A stretch of 63,292 nt of DNA, filler included, from Octopus bimaculoides (lineage: Eukaryota), in assembly GCF_001194135.2 (NCBI RefSeq). It is 9 parts of 9 records of this genome, joined end to end, with 100 filler letters (N's around TTAATTAATTAA, not from the genome) between each part and the next. Parts side by side here need not be neighbours in the genome. Positions count along the whole stretch, not along the records: positions 41,697 to 61,279 come from NC_069003.1; 8 more parts are not named here. The stretch is one strand, 5' to 3'. This document shows positions 47,222 to 61,279 of the stretch, piece by piece (the first letter of the stretch is position 1; every line of letters begins with the position of its first letter). The notes beneath the pieces are model-generated. The model ran no database searches. It was given only the letters and a program-made list of their open reading frames with translations, and was not told where the DNA came from. Position numbers and translations under genes: made by a program.

Positions 47222-49805
47222 GTAAGTCAGTGTCTTGATATGCTATTCCTATTGCACTTACCTTTTAATAGTGTCACAGCTTGTTAGAGGTTACAGATTG
47301 AAGTAAATCTTAACTGTCACAAGCAACAAGCGTTCTGTCTCGTTACTAACACTATGGGAACGTTGTCCTACATGCTGGCTGGCCTGTCTGCAGCAGTTGA
47401 CATCCAGCAGATCGAAGTTGTGATTAACAAGCACGCTATATTAATGGCTTGTTTTTGTCTTTCTTTCTCAGAGTTTGAACAAAACTCATGGCCGCTCATT
47501 TTCATAATTTCATTACGTCATTAAAAAAAAACAAAAGAAAACCAAACAAATTAAGCTAGTCAATCCGATTATAAAATAGAATTGAGTTTCCTTCGTTTCG
47601 CAACGTCAGATCAGACCTACTTTCTCCAATTTCACTTCGGGTTACTATTTTAAAATTCTACGTAGTTAATACATTAATGGGTAATTAAAATAAGCAATGG
47701 GAATAAGAGACCTCGAGTCTGGAAGCTGTTAGTTATCTCTGTGAAACGTACCAAAATAATATAGGCAAAGCATATACGAAATAAATTGGTAAGGAGAATT
47801 TCGTAGAAACGGAGACTATATTCGAAAATTGTTTTCAGCTTATCGGAGAAATAGAAAAACACACTATATGTTAATAGAATTTTATACAACGTTCGTCTTT
47901 TTCATTAAATGTGAATTTTTTTTACATTATTCTTTTGACAAGTTCAGTATTATAAACTATTGCAATACTGTTTATTACGATGCCACAGGTGTTCAAAATT
48001 AAACTGAATAAAAATTGATATCACCAGTAAATAAATTAAAAAGAAAAGAAAATATAAAAAAAGCCATATTATAAATGCTGATGTAGTATTTCAAGCAATT
48101 GTTATTATTGCTTTTGCTAGCGTCTATGTTAGATAACTTAACTATGAGCGAAATGCAAGAAACCCAACACGAGTTTTCAATGAAGGCAAAATTTTTAAAT
48201 CTTAGAAAAATATATTCATTGCTTTATCTTATTTTGAATTGCAAAGATCAGCATTAAAATGCGAATAAAAAGGTAATAATAAATTTTGAAAAACAAAAAG
48301 TAATAAAATAATATGCTAATAATACAAATAAAAATAAGTTTCGAAAATATATTTGAAAAGAAATTGTAAATAATTCGTCTTTAGGAATATTTTTCCGAGA
48401 AAACTATCTGCTACATTAAACGCTGTGCAAATATTGTGGGAATTTTCCATAGCTTTCAAACGCAATGCAAAATAATGTCTAGATATACCAATTTTTTTCT
48501 CCGTAAAGCGACAATTATTCCTTACAAAGTTAATAAACTAGAAGTCAGCAAGGGAATTTTTTCTTTTGTTTTAATTCTATAGTAATTGTTATTAGATATT
48601 TTTTACTCTTTTACTAGTTTGGGTCATTTGAATAAGACTACGCAGGGGGGCGCTATCGTAACTGTACTTATGAAATAAATGACTTCTATACATTTTAGAG
48701 ATTTGCAGGTGTCTATGAGTGGTTGCTGTGAGAAGTGGTATTTATGACACAAGTCCTTCGACGTAGCACATTCCGCGGATTCCGAATTTTGTTCTTTATA
48801 CGTTGGCTGCTATTGCTAGCAAGTTGAGCGACCATAGGTTCTATGATGAGTTATTAGAAAATTCCACTGCTTATTTTTACAACTGTCATCTGGAAGTTGG
48901 CCCGAGGGAGATTGAACCGCAGGTGTCCATTCTAAAACCATAGTCAAGGTTCCAATAAGTATAAAGGAGCCACAACCACTGATAAAATTAGAACATTGAT
49001 GAGTGAATGGGATATGTGGTTTGTCCGATTTTATGCTCGATGCGAGTGCAAATCATAGACAATAGGTATTTTGTTTAATGTTTATTTATCTAGCTCTTAT
49101 TATCAAAGATAAAATAATTTTTCCTATTTTCTGCAACACAATCTTTGCTAATACACTATCATCGATTAACAATAAAATAAGGAGTAATTATACCAAAACA
49201 AACAATACTAGTACACAAAAATGCTGCTGTAATTTCCAAATTCAATGCTAAACGGATGATAGTTGGATAAAAAAACCAGCTTAACTGAGCCGCCAATATT
49301 AAATGTAACATTAACCAGAACCGTAAAGATGCCATCGATATGACAGCAAATGAATTTAAATTCGATGTAGTTGTCATATACATATATTTGAAACAATACA
49401 AAGAAGATTGGACATAGGTTGAAATACGCATATATAGCTTCAGAAAAATAATAATGTAATTTATAATATCAGTCAGCTTACGTTAGACAAAGCAAAACCA
49501 TACACACAATGCATATACTTCTGCAGCATATGTAAAATGTTAACCGTAAGATAAAATAAGCAAACACTGAATAAACACACAGAGTTAATTTCTTCTTAGC
49601 CATATAGCAGAAAATGTTTTCTTAAATGTTATAGGTAATCCTGCCATCGTGAAGTATCAAACAAGTCTCAAATATTCATGATACATAAGATTTCTGGTTC
49701 TATAATTGGTTCTGTCTTTTTGAATGATTTATGTTCCAGAATGTTGGTATGACATCCCGCGCCCATTAAATGATAACTTTGCTGAGCGTCTCATGTCCAC
49801 TGCAT

Positions 49806-49844
<39 letters not shown>

Positions 49845-50349
49845 GCAGCTAAACGACTGCATCCACGAAACATGAAAGTGGGTAAACAACATAAGATAGC
49901 CCATCATTTCTGTATATATACATACATATATATACCGTGTATTCAACGCAAGATTTAATATATAAATGTGTGTTCAAATCATTCCAGAATCAATAAATAT
50001 AGTTTTAAGTCTCTAAAATGTCTAAAATAGTAAGATAAGATAAAGTAAAAGTACACAGGCATATACAAGGTCATAAACTTCAGAAATATCATGAATGTTT
50101 AAAATATTTATTTAAAAATATTGATTTTGATATGATTTGAACACACACACATATATAGTAAATCTTGCGTTGGATATACGGTATTGCTCCTGTGGTCTTC
50201 CACCCTTATGTCTCCATTCTTACCATAATTTGAATTCTAGCTCATGCTGAGCACTTCAACTCTAGCCTGTTTTTATGTATTGGTATATTAACAATATCTA
50301 ATTATACAAATAATTACAGTTTACACTTATATATATATATGTCTCTCTT

Positions 50350-50394
<45 letters not shown>

Positions 50395-51193
50395 TTCTCT
50401 ATCTCTCTCTCTCTCTCTCTCTCTGTTAAGTTACGTATTTGAATATAAGGAGAATAAACACAATCAATAACCTATAGCAGATGTTATTAAAATAGATATC
50501 AAATAAAAATTACTCCAGGCATTAATTAATGTTTCCTAGGTCTAGTTCTAAGTAAAAGAGAAGAAAAGAATTCCGGATTTTCGAGATGTACCGTGGTCCA
50601 AACAAGAGTAACTGACGGGCATATCTGTATTGTTCCTCATTTCCTCCACACTAATGACTCATCAATTAGCTATTTATTTTAATATCAGTTCGTAAACAAC
50701 GGTTGAGCTGTTTACTCGAGTATTTAAACATCATATTTATATAATTCCATTGCGTCTACTTTACCGCAAAATTGAAAACTCATTAGCAAAATTATTTTTG
50801 TATACCTAAAAGACACAGCATTGCATATATTATACGAAATAAGGAATATAATATATTCACACACATATATACAAATGTATGTACATACATACATACATAC
50901 AACTTCACATTTCGTTTTCACCGTCACAGTTGTAAGGAAATATGCATGTTAATATATGTGCATGGATGTGAGCTGGAAATTGATAGAGCGATGGAAGCAA
51001 TTCCTTGAGCTATTCGTTATTGCTTTCTGATGATCAGAGTTCAAATCACTCCGAGGACACCTGTATTTTTATCCATTCAATTTCTATAGTTATGGTAACT
51101 CTTGGAAGTCGATGTACGAAGTGGATTTCGCTATCAAAAACACGCGGAGTTGGGCCTGAGCCGAGACATGTATGCATGTGTTGTATGTGTGTA

Positions 51194-51229
<36 letters not shown>

Positions 51230-51239
51230 CCCTCCACTC

Positions 51240-51273
<34 letters not shown>

Positions 51274-51602
51274 GAGTGGAGGGTTACATAACTGGCGTGT
51301 TATCTAATACTTCGTTGAACCCCTAGTACGAAACCGATTGGTAAGATCGGCTGTAATGGATATATAATACTGCACACTTTGATTTATNNNNNNNNNNNNN
51401 NNNNNNNNNNNNNNNNNNNNNNNNNNNNNNNNNNNNNNNNNNNNNNNNNNNNNNNNNNNNNNNNNNNNNNNNNNNNNNNNNNNNNNNNNNNNNNNNNNNN
51501 NNNNNNNNNNNNNNNNNNNNNNNNNNNNNNNNNNNNNNNNNNNNNNNNNNNNNNNNNNNNNNNNNNNNNNNNNNNNNNNNNNNNNNNNNNNCAAAAGGAT
51601 GT

Positions 51603-51803
51603 ATTAGAATCGTTACCAAGCTGGGTAAAAATGTTTAGCGTTATTTCGTCTGTTTTCACGTTCTGAGTTCAAATTCTGCTGAGGTCGACTTTAACTTTCT
51701 TCCTTTCGGGGTCACTAAAATAAGTACGAGTTGAGCACTGGGGACGCAGTAATAGACTTACCTCTCTCCTAAAATTGACAGCCTTGGCCCAAAATTTAAA
51801 ACC
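51603..51803 (+). mobile_element. SINE family C
   Basis: AGAATCGTTA...TTCTGAGTTCAAATTC...TTTCGGGGTCACTAAAATAAGTAC...AAAATTTAAAACC. Confidence 0.88.
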
Positions 51804-51825
51804 GTTATTACATTCGCTTAATTAG

Positions 51826-52050
51826 GGCTGCCAACTGGCAGAATCGCTAACACACCGTTGTTAATGCTTAGCAGTATTTCACCGTCGTTACGTTCTGAGT
51901 TCAAATTCCGCAGAAGTCGATTTTACCTTTTACCTTTTACCTGTTATCCTTTAGGAGTTGATAAATTATGTAGGAGTTGAGCACTGAGGTCGAAGAAATT
52001 GACTTAACGCCTCCCCAGAAATTTCTGGCCTTGTTCCAAAATTTGAAACC
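51826..52050 (+). mobile_element. SINE family C, tandem to the previous copy
   Basis: CTGGCAGAATCGCTAAC...TTCTGAGTTCAAATTCC...GGCCTTGTTCCAAAATTTGAAACC. Confidence 0.88.
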
Positions 52051-52384
52051 TTTACAATCCATATGGTGGCGACGAAATTGTTAGTTTGACATAGTCTTTT
52101 TGATGAATACTGAAACTCCAATATTTTTTTTTTGTTACTTATTTTGATTTCTATAGCATTAGTCAACTATTGTTTCGGACAACTTTTTTCAGAAGTTAAA
52201 CAGAAAAATAATGTTATTTTATCTCTGTAGTAGATTCTATATATTTAAGATATAGAAAATATATTTTTGAATTCAATTCAACAGCAAGCCATTCTTGTTG
52301 ATCCATCTATTTAAGTATCTACTTACTGTCTGCCCATATGTCTGTCTATATATTCATTCATTTTCATCAGAGAGAGCGAGAGAG

Positions 52385-52415
<31 letters not shown>

Positions 52416-52960
52416 GAGAGTGTGGAGTAAGAAGGAGGTGAAGAGGTGGGGAGAGAGACGAAATGCAGAAAAAACTGTGAAATCTCTGAATGGTAAAAGT
52501 ATACTCTAATATTTTTCTTATATTTCATTTGGTTCAATGCCTTTATTAACTCAAAAATATGATAAGATAATTTAAAAGCAAACATTTATTCATAGATAAA
52601 ATAGAAATATACAAACAGGAAAAAATAAATAAATAGAAAAAAATGTACTTGAACTGGAAATTTCACTGAGCTTCGAAAAGTTAAATTAACTGAAAGAACA
52701 CAAAATTTGAAGTCACTACTTTAAAAAAATTTAAGAAACAATTCCAAAATCAAATATTTTAATAATCATAGTTGTTGTAAATTAGTTACCAGGCCTGAAA
52801 CTTGGTGGTGGTGGTGGTGGGAGGCAGCTCCAGTGCTAGTACATTATTTTTATTGACCCTGAAATCTAGTTCTGATCTAGATTTCATGTACATGATAACG
52901 CTTCCAATCAGTTAAGATCAAAAGGCATGTGAGCCACTGCCTGGTACTGCATATTATCAT

Positions 52961-52990
52961 TACTAGCGAGACCCGTGAATATTTCACGGA
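52961..52990 (+). mobile_element. Possible Helitron/Helentron-type terminus
   Basis: TACTAG...ACCCG followed by the hairpin CCGTGAA-TAT-TTCACGG; the other end was not found. Confidence 0.35.
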
Positions 52991-53209
52991 ATTAATGGTA
53001 AACTTATTGGGTTATTTATGAAAACGTTATCCAAAAAACCTGAAATCGTAGCCTGTGTTGTGTATATGAAGTCGCTTTACCTCTTGTCATAGACGCTTCT
53101 CTCTCCCTTTTTCTCCCTCCCTATTTTTCTCTCTCCATCTTTTTCTCTAATTACGTGAAAGCCTTACAGACGGGCTAAATAACGCAATGACATGCAGAAT
53201 TATTATAAG

Positions 53210-53259
<50 letters not shown>

Positions 53260-53859
53260 CATTATTGTTATTATTATTATTATTATTATATGCACACACA
53301 CATTCACATGTATGTATGTACTTAGTAAGCATAGATAAAGCATAAGAGAGGACTGTTTTTACAGTATTAGGTTTCAAAATTTCTTTATAAAGATGTAATA
53401 ATTCAGAATATTATAAAGGCATGTTGACCGGCGTATGTTAGAATTATATATATATATATATTTAACTGGTTTAAGTTTCTTAATTTCATTTACAATAGAT
53501 ATTGACTCGTGTTTTCTTTTTTGCATTTCCTCAGAAGTAAACGTTTGTTTCCATATTAATATTTACACACATAATTATAAAGTAAGAATCTAATTTAGAA
53601 TACAAATTTTATACATATTTCATTAAAATAATTATAAGCTGAATTTTCTGTTTCATAATTCTTTGAATTTTTACGGCTTCATAAGTAAAATTATTATCTT
53701 TAATAATAGAGAAAATATTTAGGTATTACGTGAAAATAGCGTAATATTAATTTTTCAATACATTTTAGCAGTGTTCTCCTAAAATTATCTATTTAATTTT
53801 AAATACTTCGTTTCTAAATTAAAATGCTTTGATTTATCATTTCTTTAAGTTCTAGAACA

Positions 53860-54960
53860 TGAGATAGTATCAGAAAGTTCCCGGATTAAGCCTACGAAAA
53901 AAAAATCTATGCTATTCCTGCAGCAAATAATATATTTCAAATATTATTCCTATTTCAAGCACTCGACCACCTTTCAAATGTTACCCAAGAAACGTACACA
54001 CTGCTACCAGTGCGATTTCCTATCCTCAAAAGTGCTGCAGAAATCCTACGTCTGAACGCCAAAGAATAGAGTCAGCAATTCTACTTTAATTTAAGCGGAA
54101 TTCTCCTGCAGCTTCAATCATTTCATTTCGAGAAATACATCGAAGTTACAGAGGAAAAGGCTGGGTAATAAATTACCACCATTTAGTTTTTGTTAAACAT
54201 TGTGTCGTCTTGAAGGTGGGTATGAGTATGCAAGTTATTATGCAAGAGCCAAAATTGCAGTCTTGTTACAATTCTAAGCTTTTTCGTGGTACATCTCTCA
54301 ACCACCTCAAAACATCAAAATGAAATACTAATTTCATCGCACTGCTGAGAAGTAGCCTTGGTAAAGAATATACTTAACGTTAAAAAATGTGATGAGCATG
54401 TTTCTCTTTGCACTCCAGACATGGTTTTGGTGATTGTGGACTCTTTCCTTGCGGTGACTGGTGTTTCTGGATTGAAACCGTAAACCCAACTTTCATTACC
54501 CAAGATGATTTAAGAGATAAAATTTGGCTTGTCGTGAACCTTCTCACTAAATCAAAACGCTGCTGCTTTTGATCGCGTACCAAGGGTCAAGGGATAAACA
54601 TCGCAATCACATGATGTATGTTCAGGTTTTTCTGTGAAAATCTACCGACACACTTCATAAATAATTGCAGGTATGTGAGAGAAATGAAACGTTTCTCACA
54701 ATTCAACACTATCCACGGATGAGTAGATGCTCCCCCACCACACACATTTTCTGGCGACTGGTCGCCTTCAAGGTTTCTCATCTGTAACTGACACTCTAAT
54801 TATCTTGAAATGCGCATATCACTCAAAAATGTGTTCGACCAAAAGGTTTGTCAAAAGCCTAAGAAAACATTCCGATTGCCTTGCGAGCAGATTTGTCGTG
54901 CTTCACACAAAAGCTGCTCTGACACAAAGTCTTCTCCTATCACTTTAGACAATAATAGAG
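53860..54960 (-). mobile_element. Near full-length decayed mariner (DD34D) element
   Basis: Minus strand: DQKQQRFD..., GNESWVYGFNPET (compare GDESWVYGYDPET), DVLRWLR...WLLH-like, DFCSTFEDRKSHW*QCV; TIR-like GAGATAGTATCAGAAAGTTCCCGGA at about 53861. Confidence 0.85.
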
Positions 54961-55745
54961 AGCATGAAGCCTATTTGAAGATTGATACAGCAGGCAACGA
55001 CAAACAATCGTCAATCTCGTGTATATTCAATCTCACCGTATACGCAAGTGTTAGCCAACTTTTACTACAGAAAATCATATTTCATAGCACATCCCATTTA
55101 CCACACTTTCATCACAGCCTTTTCGATCCCCAGTCTTAACTGTTCTGCATTAGTCGTACTTAGCAATAATTTTACTCAACTCATTTCGATGACTTCTCTC
55201 ATTTCCAATCTACTTAAAATGTTTATATGTATCAAAGTTGTGTATTTGAACACAATTTGAAAAGCCATATGTAACAAAACTTCAAAATAACTTCGACCTT
55301 ATATTAAAGTCTATATTCACTATACCTCATGTATTTATGTCTTTATGTAGTTCATGATTATACTTTCATATATAAATACAGATTAGAAATACTGCCATGG
55401 AAACTAAATTTGTTCCAGTATATACAAACTCAGTGATCGGATACTCGGAACAAAAACTAATGCAAAATAACTCTGTCTAGAACATTTGTAATCTAAGCAA
55501 CAGTAATACCGCTAGTTTGATATTTTACCTCAGAGACTTTGTAACATATAAAGTGGCCTAAGAGAAGTTTTTCTGAAACAAAATATTACAACTAGTGACG
55601 TTCTAAGGGAGTCTATGCATAATAAATGTTGTTTTAACGTGATGTGCGTATATTTGTAAACTAAAAAGAAATTTGTGAGAATCTGGATGTTAGAATTATA
55701 TTGCCAAGTATGAATATATATATGTATGTGTAGATGTGTACATGT

Positions 55746-55794
<49 letters not shown>

Positions 55795-56900
55795 NNNNNN
55801 NNNNNNNNNNNNNNNNNNNNNNNNNNNNNNNNNNNNNNNNNNNNNNNNNNNNNNNNNNNNNNNNNNNNNNNNNNNNNNNNNNNNNNNNNNNNNNNNNNNN
55901 NNNNNNNNNNNNNNNNNNNNNNNNNNNNNNNNNNNNNNNNNNNNNNNNNNNNNNNNNNNNNNNNNNNNNNNNNNNNTATATATATATATATATATATATA
56001 TTACATAAAAATACATTTGCCTATGTATACACATACGTATGCACACACACAAAGGCACACACATGCATACATACAAAATGAGTGTCACTTCGGAGATTTG
56101 CTGAAGGTGGCTTGTCAACTAGCGAAATTGGAAGCCATCTTCGAGTTTCTATATAATGAAGTAATAGAAGTACGGAGAAGGAAGCGCTTATAATGGATAG
56201 GTGGTTTTAATATAACAGTAGGAGGTCATGAGATTTAGGAAATTTAATGAGTAATGACGTCACTGGCGGTAAAATCGTGCAGGTAATAAGAAATGCTGCA
56301 AAAACATAATGAAATTGAGTATAAAGTGATTGTAGTCTTAGTACGAACATTGCAATGAAGTTGCACAGTAATTATTCCTAACAAAATATAAACGAAAAAT
56401 ATATAGTGTTAATATTGCTAATTATTAAATGAATATTGTATAAGGTTAGTAGTGATTCCGGTATAATAGGCGAAGGTATAAAAGGATTTATATGTTAATG
56501 AAAACTGTTACAGCTGAAAATTCAGAATATAAACTACTTGTAATGTGTTATCTAAAATAGCTGGCAAGTAGGAAAAAAAAAAGAATTATCTACCACAAGA
56601 AAATAGTTTATTTGTATGAAGAAAGGAAAAGTAATTGTTGTGAGATAACGAATGATTAATACAAGTAAATGGAGGCGAGTGGATAAAATATAGCAAAACA
56701 AAATACATGACAGGTTACTATACTAATAGAAAATTTTAAAAAGAAGGATAACCGGAGATAAATTATAAAGGTAAAATTTACATATAAGATTTGCATTTCG
56801 AAAACAAACCAAATCAACAAAAATATAGCAAGCCAGCTATATATAACAGACAGGCAACGTTACACAGGTAAAAGAATTTAATATGTACATATATATTTCA

Positions 56901-57062
56901 TTTTTTTATCTCCTACTTGCTTCAGTCATTGGATGCAGTCATGCTGGGGCACTGCTTTGAAGGATTTAGTCGAGCAGATTGACCTCAGTACTTATTTTCA
57001 AGCCTGGTATTTACTCTATTGGCTTCTTTTCTGAACCGCTGTGCAACGGGTATGTAAAGAAC
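56901..57062 (-). mobile_element. SINE family A, tail half
   Basis: CTTGCTTCAGTCATTGG...GCCTGGTATTTACTCTATTGG...GAACCGC. Confidence 0.75.
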
Positions 57063-57139
57063 ATACTCGTAACAAAGCGGTTCGTCAAAAGAGACCGATT
57101 GGAAGAAATAAAGTATCACTTAAGAGTAGAACAAGTTCA

Positions 57140-57260
57140 GTTCTCCTTACTGCTCTACGGCTGTGAAATATGGACTGAATATCAACATCAAATACAACGA
57201 CTTGCGAAATTTCATCACGACGGACTGCAATCAATCTTAAACGTTCAACTGTTGATTATG
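57140..57260 (+). mobile_element. RTE/BovB-type LINE fragment (post-RT region)
   Basis: LLYGCEIWTEYQHQIQRLAKFHHDGLQSILNV (compare LLYGCETWTxYxxHxxxLxxFHxRCLRxIL). Confidence 0.8.
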
Positions 57261-57699
57261 TCACAAACTACGATGTACAGAAAACTCCCTCCAATCCAGC
57301 ACCACTGGAACCAGAAGGTTGCCGGGTAACTGAATTTTCCGGATATCTGATCATCACTTTTTAAGCTATGATGGAAGAAAAAAGAAAAGAAAATTTGTAG
57401 AAATTATTATGTTATGTGAAAAAATATTTTTTACTTTGTTTTATCCTTTCTTCTCCCCCACCCTATCTTCCTATACATCTTCTCCTTCACTAACAATATT
57501 TAGTTTGTTTCAATAACGTCATTTTAAAGTCCTAGCTTCCACTGTTCCTTTGTAAGTATCTTGTGAATGAACAATAACGCATATGTGCTTACGTAAGTGT
57601 GTGTATGTGTATACAATTATGTGTTTGGGTCTATCAATGTTTTGAGATGTGTATGCTCTTGTGTATGTATATGTTTATAATATTTATATATATAATATT

Positions 57700-58049
57700 A
57701 GAATGAAGGATAGTAGGATTCCTAAGCAGATGCTATATGGAGAACTTGTGAATGGAAGGAGACTCCGGCAGAAACCAAGGCTGCGATTTAAGGACTGCGT
57801 CAAGTCCTCATTAAAGGCCTGTGATATGCAGGACACTGACGGGGAGAACAATGCCTGTCATCGCCACAGATGGAGGAAGCAGGTTAAGGAGGGGATCGAC
57901 ACTTTTGAGAGAGCACGTATCCAGCATGAAGAACTTAAGCGAGCTGCGCGAAAGCGCACGGCTCGTATAGCGAATGGGGAAAGCTTGGTCTGCAATGTTT
58001 GCAGTCGTGTATGCTTATCAAGAGCAGGGCTCATTAGCCACCAACAGAG
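57700..58049 (+). mobile_element. RTE/BovB-type LINE ORF C-terminus
   Basis: RMKDSRIPKQMLYGELVNGRR...KPRLRFKDCVKSSLK...WR...GIDTFE...CNVCSRVCLSRAGLISHQ (terminal C2H2-like motif). Confidence 0.9.
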
Positions 58050-58479
58050 NNNNNNNNNNNNNNNNNNNNNNNNNNNNNNNNNNNNNNNNNNNNNNNNNNN
58101 NNNNNNNNNNNNNNNNNNNNNNNNNNNNNNNNNNNNNNNNNNNNNNNNNNNNNNNNNNNNNNNNNNNNNNNNNNNNNNNNNNNNNNNNNNNNNNNNNNNN
58201 NNNNNNNNNNNNNNNNNNNNNNNNNNNNNNNNNNNNNNNNNNNNNNNNNNNNNNNNNNNNNNNNNNATATATATATATATATATACGTATACTTGTAACA
58301 GTATATGTATATATACATATACAGACATATAGACGTATAAGCACATAGACAAATATGTATGTTTATATATGTTTGTGTGTATAAATATGTGTGTACGTGT
58401 GTGTGTATGTACGTATATATGTATATATTATGTGTATGTATATATTGAAGGAAGGTTATGTACAATACAATGTATGTTT

Positions 58480-58615
58480 AATAAGATACTGGCTTATCTA
58501 CACTTTGCAGACAGCGAAGAGGTTATTATACGAACAGCAGGGAAAATGCGACTAATATTGGATAGTTTAACAAGAGACGGAAATAAGACTGGTCTGGGTA
58601 TTAACTTATTATTTC
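58480..58615 (+). mobile_element. LINE reverse-transcriptase fragment (motifs C-D)
   Basis: YLHFADS...LILDSLTRDGNKTGLGIN (compare LRFADD...LxxESxKVGLKIN). Confidence 0.6.
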
Positions 58616-59416
58616 TAAACCATCCAATTGCAGCGGAGGAGGAGAAGTAATAAAGATTAATGACTGCATCAACTATTGGTTGACTAGGGTTGTAAACACT
58701 AACTCACCTGGTTTAAAGTTTGGGAAAGAATTAAAACAAGCAATTCGCATGTCAACGTATATATTGGTGTCCAACGGTCTCTCGACACATATCGACACAG
58801 CAAGTTATAAATTTATATATATTTCTGAATTTTATTAGTGCATTATGGACATTAGAGCAAAATTACATCTGATGCCAAATTCCTAACTTATGAAAATAAA
58901 GTATTATTTAAAAGTTTAATAATCAGGTGGCAACATCGTGCGACCAACATGAGGGTGAGAGGAATGGATGATGTATGGCAAATAGATAACTATGAGAGTG
59001 TTACAATTAACGTGACACATCTGTAGACGTGATGGAGGTGTTGTTAAATAGTGAGGCGTTAGCGAGAAGCAAAGGTTACAACTACGGTTTTGCAAGGAGA
59101 CGAGGAATGATGGAATGACCGAAGAGAGACGGCACAAAATCGGTTAACTTAGGTGGAAGTTTATCGACAAGCTTGGAATCACTTAGGAGCGAAAGGATAC
59201 ATACATATATATACATGCATTATGTATGTGTGTGTGTGTGTGTGTTCAAAATTTGTCCTGAATTAATTCAGAATATAATAGATTTAATACAGAGTTTTAC
59301 AATCAGCCTCTGTAGACAAAAATTTTACCATCATTCATGTCAAGGCCTGGCAAGTATATGATCATCGCACACACACACACATACACTCACACACGCATGC
59401 GCGCTCACACGTACCC

Positions 59417-59450
<34 letters not shown>

Positions 59451-60369
59451 NNNNNNNNNNNNNNNNNNNNNNNNNNNNNNNNNNNNNNNNNNNNNNNNNN
59501 NNNNNNNNNNNNNNNNNNNNNNNNNNNNNNNNNNNNNNNNNNNNNNNNNNNNNNNNNNNNNNNNNNNNNNNNNNNNNNNNNNNNNNNNNNNNNNNNNNNN
59601 NNNNNNNNNNNNNNNNNNNNNNNNNNNNNNNNNNNNNNNNNNNNNNNNNNNNNNNNNNNNNNNNNNNNNNNNNNNNNNNNNNNNNNNNNNNNNNNNNNNN
59701 NNNNNNNNNNNNNNNNNNNNNNNNNNNNNNNNNNNNNNNNNNNNNNNNNNNNNNNNNNNNNNNNNNNNNNNNNNNNNNNNNNNNNNNNNNNNNNNNNNNN
59801 NNNNNNNNNNNNNNNNNNNNNNNNNNNNNNNNNNNNNNNNNNNNNNNNNNNNNNNNNNNNNNNNNNNNNNNNNNNNNNNNNNNNNNNNNNNNNNNNNNNN
59901 NNNNNNNNNNNNNNNNNNNNNNNNNNNNNNNNNNNNNNNNNNNNNNNNNNNNNNNNNNNNNNNNNNNNNNNNNNNNNNNNNNNNNNNNNNNNNNNNNNNN
60001 NNNNNNNNNNNNNNNNNNNNNNNNNNNNNNNNNNNNNNNNNNNNNNNNNNNNNNNNNNNNNNNNNNNNNNNNNNNNNNNNNNNNNNNNNNNNNNNNNNNN
60101 NNNNNNNNNNNNNNNNNNNNNAAGAATTTGTAGATAATAATAAACAATTACTAATTTCCTAATCTCTATTTCGTTTTCTCCTTTTAAATGGATATAAACT
60201 ATATGCCTTATATATACCTATTATTTTAAAGAAATTCAATCCCCCAAAATACTAGGTATTGAACCAGTATTTCCTTGGATGAAACCATCCCTTCATGAGG
60301 CTAACATATCCTCTAATTAAATATATATATGCGTGTGTGTGTGTGTGTATGTGTGTGTGGGAGAGAGAG

Positions 60370-60418
<49 letters not shown>

Positions 60419-60599
60419 CATACATATATCTGTAAGAGGTACAAGACAAGAGACTTGTTTGAATTATTTAGAACATTTTTACGCGTATTTCAGTGAAAGG
60501 TATGCATTGCGTAGCTGTCACCGAAACACGTATAAAGATGTTCTAAATAGATAAATATTTTAACGCAATATACTCCAGTCTGGTATCTCGTAACGTTTG

Positions 60600-61030
60600 T
60601 CTAAGAATATCATAACCGATGAACCTGTAACACGGCATTAGTTAATGTATATAGTTAATGTAAATAGACGTTTCTGTTCCAAGCTGTTGCAGTAATGGGT
60701 CCTTACTCTAAATGGGGAGAGTAAAACCTTTCGAATTATGCTGAGGCATCCATTCTGAGCTATTTAATCTCTAAGTAAGGTGCTAGATTATCAAATGTTT
60801 ATACATTCCACTGTTTATCTTTTTGTCTTCCCTGCAAAACGTCAGTTCTTTTAGCCACTCCCAGCAGTTCACCTGTCACACCGAGCCATCTCCGTGATGT
60901 AGCAGATTCGGATTGCTTTGCTTCGAGCTCAGCAGTTAATTTCACACAAGGTGTTGACCATAATTCAGAGCACAAGTCCTGAAGACTGCAAACAAGTGTT
61001 CTCTATAGGAACAAAATGGTGTCATTTTTA
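60600..61030 (-). mobile_element. Possible hAT (Charlie/ZBED-type) transposase relic
   Basis: Weak minus-strand resemblance to TLCEE...LLYHTEVRWL...EWM; heavily frameshifted. Confidence 0.3.
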
Positions 61031-61230
61031 CCTGTTTTGAATGAATTCAGAACCCAGTGAGCCAATCACCTGCAGATGATTGTCGTCTTAGTAATATTCA
61101 CACGAACTGAAGAATCTATAAAATTCCCAGATCATCCACTGATTGTGATTCTAGGATTGCAATACTGCCTGGTCCTGCGTATCCTGACTGCAATTTACTG
61201 TGGGCTGACAACACAGTATATGTATATGTA

Positions 61231-61279
<49 letters not shown>

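Noticed and set aside
49159-49431. Hydrophobic two-helix ORF, or a mitochondrial insertion
   Set aside because: A T-rich strand gives open frames by composition; no recognisable motif, and no resemblance to mitochondrial genes I know.
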